Shown here in pieces: positions 29,189-43,127 of a stretch of DNA of 64,000 nt. A program made the position numbers and the translations under genes. Every line of letters begins with the position of its first letter. Within the stretch, counting starts at the first letter, position 1. The notes beneath the pieces were generated by a model, which ran no database searches, was not told where the DNA came from, and worked only from the letters and a program-made list of their open reading frames with translations. Source of the stretch: Amoebidium appalachense (taxonomy: Eukaryota > Protista > Ichthyosporea); the NCBI GenBank assembly GCA_963693365.1, contig CAVNZM010000007.1, positions 5,701,962-5,765,961 of the forward strand, read 5' to 3'.

Positions 29189-31235
29189 ATGGGCGCAAGC
29201 GGCTCAAAACTGCCTGGCAGGCACTCACATCGGTTCAAGAAATCACCGAGTGCTGGGTTTGACCCTGCCGACTGGGAGGTCTCTCCACAAGCCAAGCAGC
29301 TTGAACCGGAACCATCAAATGCTTCTCTTCTAGCAAGCACCTTGGCCCAGAAGCACGCACGAAGCGAGAGCACAAGCAGCGCATCTTCTCTAGACAACGC
29401 AGTAGATGTGGTCCACAGGGTAAACTCGGCAAATCTGACTTTGGCCCCACATGCATACAACTCCTCTGGGCAGGTTAGGACGCATCCAAGCAAGAGTGCT
29501 ACCACGTTGGCAACGGAGACAGCTCAGCAGTTACAGCGCACAAAAAGTTTGCCCTACGAGGGGCAAATGCAGCGGTCGAGCGATGGGCAGATAAACATTA
29601 CCGGTGCCACCTCCGTTTTGATTGGTTCGGCGGAGCTTTCTGGGGGAAAGAAAGGGAAAGTGCACACGTCAAAAACGAAAAAGTTTCTACACGGTGGCAA
29701 TAGCCACTCTTCCACTTCGTTAAAGACAACCGCAAATCGTTCAAACAGTCTCCAGGTCAACGCAACAAGCAGTACCTCACTTGGTGGAGGCGTGTCACTT
29801 CGCAGATCCTCGTCCTCCCTACAGCACATAAGCGACCGCACACCCACGCAAGAACCGTCCGAGATTCTTGTAAAGAGCACGGTGAAACCAAGGGCCGCTT
29901 TTTATTCGGGTATTGACGAGGATCTGACGTCATGGGAAACTGCAAAATCCCTGCGCAAGGCCATGAAAATTCGCTACAAGGGAAATGTTGGTCTTGGTGG
30001 GATATCCGACAAGAAGAAAGAACGAAAATCGAGTATAACAGAGCGGAAGGAGGTGCTAAAGGGAAACAAGTGCAACCTAAAGTTGAGCAATTCGTGTTCC
30101 ACGCTGTTTGTGGATCAGACAATTAGTCGCCCGGACCTGGAGCAGATCATTTTTTGGTGAGTTTTTCCGTGAAGTTTTGTCCTTTTTTGGTGGTGCTGTC
30201 GAAATAGAACAGGATGAAGAGAGAATGCTAGGTTGGGTGTCTGGCTTGTGTTCGAAAGGTATGCCTTTGTTTTTGTGGTTTTTTTTTGGTTTGGTTTGTT
30301 TGTTTGTTCTTTGTTTGGTTGGTTGTTTTTATAGTTGTAATATGATCTGACCGGGTTGTGTAACGTTTTCAGCGCGGCCACTGCCATCCACACCCAGTTT
30401 ACACGCGTGCTGCAACTCCCTTCGTTGCCGAAATACGACGCTATTTTCGACGAGAAACTGCACCCGCTTACCAGCCGTTCGGTGCCAACAAACTACGACA
30501 CACGGTATGTGCCTGTTGTTGGGCTCTCACGTATTTTGTGGCTGTGCGGATGTACGGTGGCAGGGTAGTCCGGGTGAGGTTTGCTCTGCCTAGCTTTGTC
30601 CTGTGAACTTGAGATAGCCTAGTTGGTGTACCAAAGCTGCGTGCACTCTATAATACCTTTTATTCAGATTATTTTTCTCGGATAGACAATCCTATCTGCA
30701 ACTCTGGAGTTGGTGGCCATACACTATATTCCTAATTTGAGTAGTTTCTTTGCTGTGTCCTGTTACCTTTTGTATTTGTTTTCCCCTCTGCAATCCAACC
30801 TGTTTCCTACAACAACGCCTATTTTTTTCATACTGACATAACTAAAAAAATCCACAGGTGCCCGCCTGTGTCTGACATCTTTGACTTTCTTCGTGCCTTT
30901 TTCAAGGCAGCAGTTCTTAAGGCGGATGTAGCCATTGTGGCCATGGTCTACATCAACCGGCTGCAGGCAAACGCCATGCCGCTGCAGCCGGCAAACTGGA
31001 AGAGGATGGTGCTGGGTGCTGTCATGCTGGCCTCAAAGGTCTGGGACGATCAGGTGTGTGGACCCTCCCTCCACCCTCTCCCCCTCCCCCTCCCTCCCTC
31101 CCTCCCTCTTGGTGGATTGATCTGGGCTGTTCCTGAGAATGGGCCTTGCTTGTGATGCACCGTAAATGTGTGCCCTGCAACGCATTCTTATCCCCCCCTC
31201 CCCCCCCCCCCCCCCCCCCCCCCCCCAACACACGC

Positions 31236-31289
<54 letters not shown>

Positions 31290-31404
31290 CCCTCCAACCA
31301 GCATTCCTGCCCCAAGATTCCCATTTTGCCTGTTGGTTGACCATTTCGTGGGTCTGCTTGTTTTCTCCAGAACGTGTGCGGGCCCGGTGTGGGGGGTTGG
31401 ATGG

Positions 31405-31473
<69 letters not shown>

Positions 31474-32665
31474 CTTCGTATGGTTTCCGCTGCTTCACAG
31501 ATAGCCTCACACTGGACTTTTGTTTGCGTGAAATGGAATGAATCCCTTACGATAGAAGCACCGTTTGAAAATTGAAGATTGAACACATCTCCCGCGCACA
31601 TTTCTAATATAACATATCTGCCGCAACACTCTCATACTAAAAGCACCTCTACATCGTTTCAGGCGGTGTGGAATGCGGACTTCTGCACTGTTCTTCCGGA
31701 CGTGTCTCTGGACAGCATGAACGAGCTTGAGCGCAAGATGCTTGACCTGCTCAACTACAACGTCAGCGTCACCAGCGGGGAGTACGCACAGGTGTGTATT
31801 CCACTCGAAATGTGCCATTGGGTATCTATTTGTGGACATGGGGTGATGCTCACTTTAGGCCACTGTGTCGCATTTTTTGAATTCGTGCTCTTACCCCCTC
31901 CCCGCCCCCCCCCCCCTCCCCCCCCCCCCCCCCCCCCCCCCCCCCCTTCCTGGGGTTACTTTTGGGCCCTCCTTATGATGCCTGCTCTTGGGATATGCTG
32001 CAAACTTAAAGCTATGTTGTTTGTCGGAAATATGTGTTTTGTTTTGTGGGACTCGGTAACACATCTACCCCCCCCCCCCCCCCTTCCTGCACGCGTACAT
32101 ACACACACAGGACACACTCTTTTTCTTCTTCCCATCACACACGCAAACACTACACAGCACGGACTCTAATCACAAACAAAGCACACCAAACACACAAAAA
32201 CACATGTCGCAACATACAAACACCTGCAATCCTCCACCCTGCTCTGTACTCGGTTGGGCTGCTCCTCTGTGCTCGGTGCCCGCGGCGGAGGTGTGGGTGT
32301 GTGTGCTGGGGGGGGGGGGTGGGGGGGGATGCTGTCTGTGGGGACACATGCATGTGCATTGTTGTTTGTAAGTTTGTAAACTGTGGCGGGCACCTAACAT
32401 GGTTAACTATGGGCACAGCACTACTTTGACCTGCGGCAGTGCGGCTACCGTGCTGTGCGGGAGGAGGGCTACACGGTGTCCCCCCTGGACGTCAGGAAGG
32501 CCGTCAAGCTGGAGGCAATCAGCCTGGACCTGGTACGTATACGTGAACTCTTGTGTCTCGCACCACGTATTGTGTTATCTGGTGTTGCTCTAGAAAGTGT
32601 ATTCCATTCTTATCTCTACATATCCCCGCCCCCTCCTCCCCCCCCCCCCCCCCCCTCCCTTCCTC

Positions 32666-32724
<59 letters not shown>

Positions 32725-33218
32725 CTAGTGAATGGCTTCGGCTCCCTCCCAGAATGTGCTCCACTTATGATGCATGCTCTTTGTGTGTTCTCTGCAACCT
32801 ACACATTGCTTCGTCCGTTGTGAAGGAGTTCTTTTGTATTCTTTAAATTCCCTCTGCCCTATGGGGCTAACACATTCCACATCCCCCCCTTTCCCCTCAA
32901 TGAACGCGCCCGCACACACACGCACACACACATACACAAACGCGCGCACGCGCACACAAGCACGCGCACACACAAGCTCATGTTGCACACTTCGTTTGGC
33001 CTTTTTTGCACATCAACACTCTGCTACCCTGTTGTGATTTTTCCCCCACCCCCAACCCCCTCCTCCCCCATACTTCACCGCCCTCCCTTTCCTCCTTCAC
33101 CGTCTAACCTTCCCGTTAATTCCCACAGACCGACATGGTACCGATGGAGGAGGGTAACCTGAAGGGTGTCAGCTGTGATGATCTGTTCACCCCTCGGCGC
33201 AACATCATCATTTCGTAG
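29189..33218 (+). CDS. CCNY: Cyclin Y-like protein, 6 exons, ~542 aa
   Basis: Exons 29189-30156, 30373-30504, 30858-31053, 31663-31791, 32419-32532, 33129-33218 (1629 nt, GT-AG, phases consistent). Motifs [70 protein letters not shown], C-terminal IIIS; N-terminal MGxxxS myristoylation motif. Confidence 0.93.
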
Positions 33219-34249
33219 TCAAATTGAAAAAACCCAAAAATCTCTGCGCTGCGGAGGGGAAAAGGCGAATGCGAACGGTGGGTGAGTTTGGCATGGATTC
33301 TTCACTGCAGGCTGCAGTTGAGAGATCTGGTATCCGATACACTTTCATTCAGGATTGGGAGCACTTCTAGAGTGGATAGTGTGAATTTGGATATGGAGAA
33401 TTGTGTGCCGATCTTGTTGGATGGCATGATTGGATGTATTGTACCCCCCCCCCCCCCCTCTTCCCGGGGAAATTCCTTTTGCCTTCTCACAGAATCGGCT
33501 ACCATTTTTCCGTCTTGGTTTTTTTTTCCCCCCCCCCATAATTAACTCCTCACAACGAGACACAGAGCACAAACCTGAACTGATAAACAAATGCAAACAC
33601 ACACACATACTTTAAAACGCTGATGTGAGAGAGCTGGATATGAAGAGAACAAATATTTGATTGATTGTATTCTGAAGTTTGGTTTCCAGTTATAAATAAC
33701 CGTAAGTCTGTTATTGCTAACACCTCCTTTTTTTGGGTGGTTTCCTATAAAAGGTTAAATGAACGTAGTGTGTTGTTGAGTTGGTACTTAATTGGGCTCA
33801 TCTTTCGTACATGATTGCCAACTCCAGCAAGACGTGCCCTCTTTAAGTACTTCAAATTGTATAATTATATAATCACTAAAACGATTTCCAATATACAGTC
33901 GTTGTTTTTTTCTTGTCACCGGGTTTTAACTTGGACACTTTTGCGTAGTGTTATATCTGAACTTTTGCTCATTGTAGAAAGCAGGTTGGTCTCAACATCT
34001 TTGTTATTTGAATATGCCGAATGGTTTTTTATTATCGTGTCAGTGAAGTCTAGCAAGCATGGAATGAAGTGCAAGTAAAGAAGAAGGCTTTGAGGCATCC
34101 TGATCCATCAATTGTAGCTCTCTCTGGTGTCTCGCGTGCACTCCCTCCCTCCCTAGGAGTCTTCTCCCCTGATCGCTCTCCCTTCCCTTCCTCCGCTTCC
34201 CCCTCCCCCTCCCCTCCCCCCCCCGGGGGCCCACCCACCCGCCCGTCTC

Positions 34250-34820
<571 letters not shown>

Positions 34821-36009
34821 CCTCCTGCCATCGTTCAGGACCATTTTGGATCTTCTATTCAAGAATCGATCAATTTTTTGCTTCGCTCCAACACCCGAGG
34901 TTGGCCGCCATAGGGCCGTCGTTTGTCGGGCTGCCTGTCGGCAGCGGCTCAAGCTGCCTGACGTAGAAGCTACCACCTACAATACAGAGGCGGTGTCTCC
35001 TTTCTTTCTTTTTTTTTTTTTTTTTTTTTTACTTTAGATGTTAAACGTCGCACGTGCGCCTGAGTAGATGTTAAACGTCGCACGTGCGGCAACACGTCAG
35101 TACTTGTTAGACGTAGAAGCTACTTCGGGCCTAAACAAAACCCTTTACGTAACAATATTTGCTTTTTCCTCAAAATGCTACACAGATGCTTTTCATTATA
35201 AATGATAATTTCTATCGTCTTAGTTATTATGGGGTTTGCAGGCTTGTTGCGTTGGGCGTTTTTCTTTGCCATTCGTGATCATGAGGGCATCACACATGCA
35301 CCGTAGTTAAACATATGCACAAGTACTACCCGTGTTGATCCATTTACTGTCTGCATGGTGCGTTTCTGCCAAATACACTCTCTGGGGGTAGAGTAGGCAT
35401 GGCGTGTGAACATTATACACACGTACAACGTGATCATTCAGTCCACCTTTTTGTGGAATGCCCTGTCAGCCATACACATACAGACAACGGGAAGGCGTTC
35501 GGTCGAAAACACATCATGACTGTTTTCCGCACCGTCCAACGCAACCAGCAGACTCTGACAGACACCCTGTTGTTCTTTTTATAATAAATTACTTGTTGCA
35601 TATATCGTCTCGTCAAGTATCCCTTGCATCCAAAGGTCACTTGAGTGCAAAGTGTTCTGTTGCACAGTGCAGTGTGCAGAGGTAGCACTAGTATCGGTAC
35701 GAGCCCACTATGTCCTGCCATTAACATGAAACAAGTCGATTTAGATGCTTGTTACTTAACTGTATTGTTTTTCTTTCTCTTGCTCACGGATAAAAGAAAT
35801 GCAAACCCGGCAGCTCTCTTTCTATTCTAAGTCTTTCTACATCTACCCGTCTGCTCTCTCCCTAGTACACAAGATCTGTGCAGAAGCTGCTAATTATATC
35901 TAACGTTACGTTGTCTTGGGCTAGTACTAACCCGGACCGTGCGTGTTTGCACACCGCCACTGCACCAAAAGAGGCCGGTTAATATACTGTGCCAGTGTGT
36001 CGTTTGTTA

Positions 36010-36069
36010 CACAGGGTAAGTGTGTGTGTGTATTGCGCATGTGTGTGTACTGTGTGTGACATTATGAGT

Positions 36070-36123
<54 letters not shown>

Positions 36124-36306
36124 CGCAGTGTGTGTGTGTGTTTGTGTGTGTGTGAGTGATTGTGTCACGTTTGCGTGTGTATTTGTGCACGTACACTTAG
36201 GCGTCTGTATATGCTTGTGTGTGTGTGTGTGTGCTCTTGCGTGCACGTGTGTGTATGCACACGTCTGTGTGTGTATTCTTTGTGTGTGTGTGTATGTGTG
36301 TCAAGC

Positions 36307-36373
<67 letters not shown>

Positions 36374-36431
36374 TGTTTGTGTTTGTGTGTTGCAATCCGG
36401 TGGGTGGGTGTTTGTTAGAGTATGTGTCGTG

Positions 36432-36472
<41 letters not shown>

Positions 36473-36479
36473 GCGTGTG

Positions 36480-36517
<38 letters not shown>

Positions 36518-36589
36518 TGTTTGTGTGTGTTTCAATCCCGTGGGTGGGTGTTTGTTAGAGTATGTGTCACGTGTTTGTCTGTATGTGTG

Positions 36590-36633
<44 letters not shown>

Positions 36634-37039
36634 CGCGCACGCACACACGTTCAGGTGTGAGTGTATGTCGACGTCAGTGAAGGTGTACGTTGTTATGCTC
36701 TCACGGTCCTCTTCCTCCCCTTCCCTCCCAGGACTCTTTCCCCCCCCCCCCCCCCCCCCCTCTCTTTCCCTCCCTCGCCAGGGGCACCTTGTTGCCCCGC
36801 CTCTCTTGCGGGTGCCTAGGGAGGGAGGTGGTGGTGGTGCTGGTGGTGGTGGTGGGGGAGGAAGGAAGGGGGAGGAAGGAAGGGATAAGGGACTTCGGGG
36901 GGGGGGGGGGCTGGCGGGCAAAAGTGGGGTTTGGGTGGGGCGGCTGGGGAAGGTGGGGTCGATATGGAGAAGGTAACAGATCTGTGTAAGAAGTGTTGAA
37001 GTGAGGAGGTCAAGCTGCCTTGTTTACATGTAGTTATTT

Positions 37040-37080
<41 letters not shown>

Positions 37081-37115
37081 ACGGTGTGTGTGTGTGTGTG
37101 CGTGCCTGTGACAGT

Positions 37116-37187
<72 letters not shown>

Positions 37188-37190
37188 CTC

Positions 37191-37259
<69 letters not shown>

Positions 37260-37266
37260 GTGTGTG

Positions 37267-37298
<32 letters not shown>

Positions 37299-37370
37299 CG
37301 TGTGTGTGTGCGTGTGTGTGTGTTTGTGTGTATTTTTGTGTGTATTTTTGTTTGTATGTGTGTGTGTGTT
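36010..37370. repeat. Compound (GT)n/(GA)n/(CT)n microsatellite block with an internal ~140-bp tandem duplication (36371-36590)
   Basis: Unique core CAATCC.GTGGGTGGGTGTTTGTTAGAGTATGTGTC occurs at ~36393 and ~36533. Confidence 0.85.
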
Positions 37371-39412
37371 TCTTACGGCCCGGTGTTCTTGCCTAAGTTA
37401 GTTGTGTAGAGGGGGAACTAGTACGGGCGGGCCTTCCCATGCAGTCAACGCCGTGCAGGTGGGTGGTCATTGGCAGTGTATAAGTTGAGCATGATGGGGG
37501 TGGGACAAACTTGAGCCTATGCGAACAACCAAGTCATGTTTATTTGGCTTCTTCTGAGTGGTAGCACCAAACCCCCACTGTTTGCACCTTCTAGAACGGG
37601 CGTACAGTGGGACAAGCTCCGGTAGCAGGTTTGACGTGTAGTGGCTTGTTGTCGATGACACAAAAAAAGTTGCAGTGACCGGGTTAAAGTGGTCTCTGCA
37701 TAACCTTTGGCTCTTATAGGTTCTTTTTTCACTCTAATGGGCCACGTCACGGCGTCTTCTAACCATAGTGGGTGGCAGTAACTCCGTGAACCACACACCA
37801 TATCACCACGTCCACAGATCTAGACTCCGGAGGTAGACTGCAGCTCTACTGATGAGCAGGCGTGTGCGTGCGGGGCTTTTGATTGTTTAGCTAATATTTT
37901 AAACTGTTGTTATTGTGTCATATACAATTACTCACTACTCTAAAAGTGCGCTTATACTAGCTTAAAGTAGGTTAGATAGAGTCGCTTCAGTTCTTGTAGA
38001 ACGGTTGTAAGTTTCGCACGGACAACCATGGCGCCGCGGCTGCGCACACCTGGCAGTCTGCGCACATGGCTCCGGAGCCGCATTCCACAGATCGGCCTAT
38101 TATAGATCCAAAGTGGTCCATTCGACTATGGTCGGTGACCCGGATGGTTCGATATTCACAGCCACATTTGTACATGTGGCGCGCACGGCTCCTTGAGCCG
38201 TCAGGCAGTGTGTGCCGATGTGTGTGCGTTGTGTATAACGTTTGCGTGTGCGCGTGTTGTGTGTGTGTGTGTGTGTACGTGTGTGTGTGTGCACGTTTGC
38301 CACGGTGTGCACACAGTGTGTACGGTATAGTACGGTAGTAACATTCACGTGTTGCTGCGGCCTGGCAGATTACCCAATCACGTCACTTGATTTTGTAGCA
38401 TTTGGATTGGTAGCTTTTTTGCTGAAAGTAGCCCCCAAGACCGTCCATAAAGGGACTATAAACCATTTTCAAATTCTTCAAACAAATCGCTGCATTTTAG
38501 CTTTCCAGTACAGAGGGCCGAGCCAGTTTATATTCCACCAAAATATATATTTTAAACAGTATCTATATTATTTTAAAATAAAACAAACTCAAATATAACC
38601 CTCTAGAGACATTTCAGTCTCAAAGTATTTATATATCAATTTTCATGTCAAGAGTAACATTTTCAGAAACTGAGATAGCACCCCCATTATGCTTGTATCC
38701 GATTGGTGTTGGGCTTTTCTAGATCTCCGTTTTTGGTTGGGCTACTCAAAAGCGAGCCGACTGATTGGAAGGCGTAAAATTGCGTCGAATCAAAACAGAA
38801 ACAAGTTTATGCGTATGGTATGGGAACAGAAATATGTACAAATAACTTATTAATCGAAATTTCTCGTTCTTTTTCTTCTTTTTTAGATAGAAATAAATAT
38901 ATTATGTCTTTTCAAAGCCTCTAGCTGTCCTTATTGGCCATAGAAGTCGCAACTAAGTGCTTGATAACCTGATTGCATGAATGTATGTTGCTTGCATCCC
39001 ATTGGTTGAAATAGGTCGGCGATTCACATGATTAGGGCTGTGTTCACTGATTTGTTGAATTTTTATTTGTGTACAAACTTGAAGTCACGCTGTGACTCTG
39101 TCTGCAAGAAGCGCAGCAATTGGGTATGTATCATCCATTCAAAAACCTAAGAAAATAAGTTATCGTATGAGGCTATGATACATGAACTCTAGGCATGCTC
39201 CAGCACCAAGGCGAGCGTGTTCTCTTACGCAGGACAACTGATACTTCATTTACTGCTTTATTAAGCCCTGTATACATTTCTTTTCCATTCTGATCTTTTT
39301 CTCCAGTGGTATATATGCTCATTCTTGATATCAAAGCACCGACAATATTGCAGGGGGGCCAGCCAGCCTGCATTCCTTCGTTTTACCAAACCCTAATTAG
39401 GATTTGAGTGAA

Positions 39413-39448
39413 CCAATCAGCGTTCGGCACATTCGTGCCCATATAAAA
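39413..39448 (+). promoter_or_regulatory. Candidate CCAAT and TATA promoter of the SLC41 gene
   Basis: CCAAT at 39413-39417 and TATAAAA at 39442-39448, ~370 bp upstream of the ATG; further ATTGG motifs at 38.7-39.0 kb. Confidence 0.45.
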
Positions 39449-39810
39449 GCCCGGCAACCGTGATTCAGGCCCAGAGTGAAGGTGTAACGTAGACGCGCCG
39501 TTTCTGTGTTTTCATCTGCGTCGTTGCTGCTCTGCAAATGTTTGCACACTAAGCGAGAAATATACAGGTCTTGTTTTTGCTTCTGGTTTTGTAAGGGCAT
39601 TGTTGGAATGACACAATAACATCTTACTGCATCTGATAATATAAATGGCAACTTCTTGACCACATTTGCCACGAACTCGTGCAATATAATGTTGGTTGCA
39701 TAGTCGTCCAGATTCCTACCAACACAAAATACTATTACCAGCGAGTTCAAGATCTAGACCTCCACTTAGCTCAAGCAGAGGCCCGTTACGGCATTTAACA
39801 ATTATCAACC

Positions 39811-41196
39811 ATGGTATACCAACTAGACAGTATGATGAGCCTCATAGACAAGCCCGGTAGCAAGAAACAAACCATGGAGATGGTTAGTGTGACAGTAAGT
39901 AAGGACGAAGGCAAGGATGTTCTCAACAAGGATTCCAGCATTGGAGATAAAATTTCAGAGGCAGAGCTTCTAAGCACCCCCTCGGGGCTATACCGCTTCA
40001 TCCTTCAGATTTGGCCGCCACTTGTCATTGCCGGGTTTGGCTCTGTTCTCACGGGTATTCTCCTCAACTACTTCCAAACATGGACCATCTTTGAGCACCT
40101 ACCCCACCTGTTCATCCTCATCCCCCCCCTACTCGACCTTAAGGGTGACCTCGAAATGACGTTGAATTCGCGGCTGTCGACCGAGGCAAACAAGGGCACA
40201 CTTCGCACCTACACGGCATACAAGAACCTCGTTATTGCCAACCTTGCTCTTGCGCAAGTTCAAGCGGTGGTGGTTTCGTTTGTGGCAGCTTGCTATGCCA
40301 TCCTCCTCGGGGGTACGTCAAACCTCGACTGCCACGCAAACCAGGCTCTCTTGCTGGTCACTACCAGTTTGACAACTGCAACAATGGCCGCCGGCATCAT
40401 TGGTGTGATTATGAGCGCCATCATCATTGTGTCGTCGCAGTATGGGTTCAATCCGGACAACTTTGCCAACTCGGTAACAGCGTCGCTCGGTGATGTCCTC
40501 ACGCTGGTGATCCTTTCTGTGTGCGGTGCGGGTCTCCACGAACTCGGCAAGCGTTTTACGTGGGTCCTGCCTTGCATTCTTCTCGGCCACCTAGCGCTCA
40601 TCCCAACATGGATTCGTATGGTTGGGCTGCACAAATCGGTCAAGAACGTGCTTCGGTCCGGTTGGTTCCCCATTCTCACGGCCATGGTTATTTCGGGCGT
40701 CGCCGGGCTCACGCTTGAGGAAGAAATTGAGCAGTACCCGAAAATGGCCCTTTTGGTTCCCGTCGTGAATGGCGTGGGTGGCAACATCGGCGCCGTTCTT
40801 GCCTCTCGCATTGCGACGTCCTACCACATGTTCGGCAAGCCCGAGAGCAAGCGGCCCAGTGTGATCCTTTTCCTCCTGGCGATTCCCACGCACATCATCC
40901 TCCTGTTTGGCCTCGACTTCTTCACCGATATCAGGATCATGGAGGACAAGACGTTTGTGCTTGCGTATCTGCTTGCCGGCATTGTCCAGGTGGGCATTGT
41001 GACTGTGCTCGTGCATGTTCTCGCCGCCAAGGTGTGGGGCGCCGGACTCGACCCGGACAACTGGGTCATTCCCTACATTACGGCATGTGCCGATTTGCTT
41101 GGCACGGGGTTGCTGACTGTGGCGTTTATCAAGGTCACAACGGGGGTGGTGGGTGCACATGGTCACGGCGCCGTCTCTGCCCTGCCCAGCCAATAG
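39811..41196 (+). CDS. SLC41A: SLC41/MgtE-family divalent cation (Mg2+) transporter, 461 aa, intronless CDS
   Basis: Two MgtE-type repeats: PPLLDLKGDLEMTLNSRLST...NPDN...SLGDVLTL and PVVNGVGGNIGAVLASRIAT...GLDPDN..IPYITACADLLGT; about ten hydrophobic segments. Confidence 0.93.
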   Translation: MVYQLDSMMSLIDKPGSKKQTMEMVSVTVSKDEGKDVLNKDSSIGDKISEAELLSTPSGLYRFILQIWPPLVIAGFGSVLTGILLNYFQTWTIFEHLPHLFILIPPLLDLKGDLEMTLNSRLSTEANKGTLRTYTAYKNLVIANLALAQVQAVVVSFVAACYAILLGGTSNLDCHANQALLLVTTSLTTATMAAGIIGVIMSAIIIVSSQYGFNPDNFANSVTASLGDVLTLVILSVCGAGLHELGKRFTWVLPCILLGHLALIPTWIRMVGLHKSVKNVLRSGWFPILTAMVISGVAGLTLEEEIEQYPKMALLVPVVNGVGGNIGAVLASRIATSYHMFGKPESKRPSVILFLLAIPTHIILLFGLDFFTDIRIMEDKTFVLAYLLAGIVQVGIVTVLVHVLAAKVWGAGLDPDNWVIPYITACADLLGTGLLTVAFIKVTTGVVGAHGHGAVSALPSQ

Positions 41197-41227
41197 CATT
41201 TGCTGAGTTTTTCGTTTTTTCCCTTTT

Positions 41228-41262
<35 letters not shown>

Positions 41263-42173
41263 GTTTGTTTGTTTGTTTGTTTGTTTTTTCGTTTTTCTTT
41301 CGTCATGTTCCCCTTTCTGCACCTATTCCCCGCCCCTTTCCCCTACTCAGACAACAACAACCACATTTGCCCAAGCCATTTTTTGGTTTTTACTTTTTTA
41401 TTTTTAGAACCACTTCTTCCTCCTCCTCGTCTCTATGGTGTACGTTCTGGTCAGTCTTGGTTGGGTGTACTTAGCGTGCCGAGCAAGAGGAGTTTTGTAA
41501 CGAAAATTTTGCGCATAACTCACAGTACACTGGTATTATCTACAAACAGCACCTAGAGAAAAAGGCGAAGGGAAATGATAGCCTTTTCCTTAAAGAATTT
41601 ACCCGGTTTAGAGACCGCTAATGAGAGGTACGGGAGGTGACCTCCTGACGGATTTACGATGCGCAAAAACACCGAAGTTTGATAAGATATTTATGTAAAC
41701 TTGACGTATTTTCATGTTTAATACGTACATAATCGTATGGTGCAAAAGCAAAACCTTTAATTCTGACAACCTTTTTCTGCGGGTCAGAGAGAAGGGCAGG
41801 TCTTTATAGGAATTCCAGTGAGCAGGCTTCACTGTGTATTTGAAGTGTATACAGTTTCAAAGAAAATAAAATGAAAATATTTTTAAAAAAATTCACGTCG
41901 CGTTTTGTTGTTATTTTAACCTAGCTGATTGTACTTTGGGGGGGGCGGGATGTGCTGTTTATTAACGACATGTAGGTGAGCTGTGATGAGTTGTCGGCAC
42001 CAAGGCCAACAGTACTTCCACCCAACAAGCTATACATACATGGAAAAATCAGTGTTACACTTACATCATACAGATTTTCATGTGGAGATATAACGTATCA
42101 AATAGACATCATATGTGGAGATATAAGGTTTTTTTTGTTTTTTTTTGATTTTTTTTTTTTTTCCCTCAAAAAT

Positions 42174-42298
<125 letters not shown>

Positions 42299-42697
42299 GT
42301 GTCACACACTTCTTTCTTTTTCTATTTTCAAAAAATAGAAAAAGAAAGAAGAGAAAAGAAAGAAATAAGAAAACAGTTCGGTAAGACAAGAAACAGACAT
42401 ATTACAAAAAAGATGGCATGGAAGTCCGAGCACATTCATTTATGAAGGTGTGGTAACCTGATCATGCAGGTTCTGTGTACATGTTCGAGTCTCCCTGTTC
42501 TTTTTTTTCCCTCTTCTCTTCTGCTTAGCATTTGTTGTAATGTTGTCGCCTGCAAATGAACTGTGGACAGTATAATAATTGCATGCTTACATTTAGCCAT
42601 GCATTGTCATGATAATCCCACCATCAAATTACTTTTTTTGTATCAAGATGCGCCTTGATCACACCCGATCCTCCCTTAGTCACACAAGACAAGCGCG

Positions 42698-42780
<83 letters not shown>

Positions 42781-43062
42781 GCTGCAGGCATATCATGGTG
42801 CATACACATTGCTATGACGCATGCACACGCACGCACACACACACCATCCCTCACGCGCGTGCACACAGGCAAACACACCCATGGACTTACGCACACAGTC
42901 GCGGCATGGTGTCACACGTGTGCGCACACAAGCGCAGTGCCACATCTAACCGTGGTGGCCACAGAAGACACAGCCACCCTCCTCTCCCCCCTCCCCCCCC
43001 TCCCCCCTCTCTCCTCCCCCCCCCCCCAAAAAAGAAATAATAATAATAATAAAAAGTGCCCG

Positions 43063-43127
<65 letters not shown>

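Noticed and set aside
35920-37460. Minus-strand Helitron-like CTAG ends near 35921 and 37408
   Set aside because: Hairpins are weak or imperfect; insufficient support.
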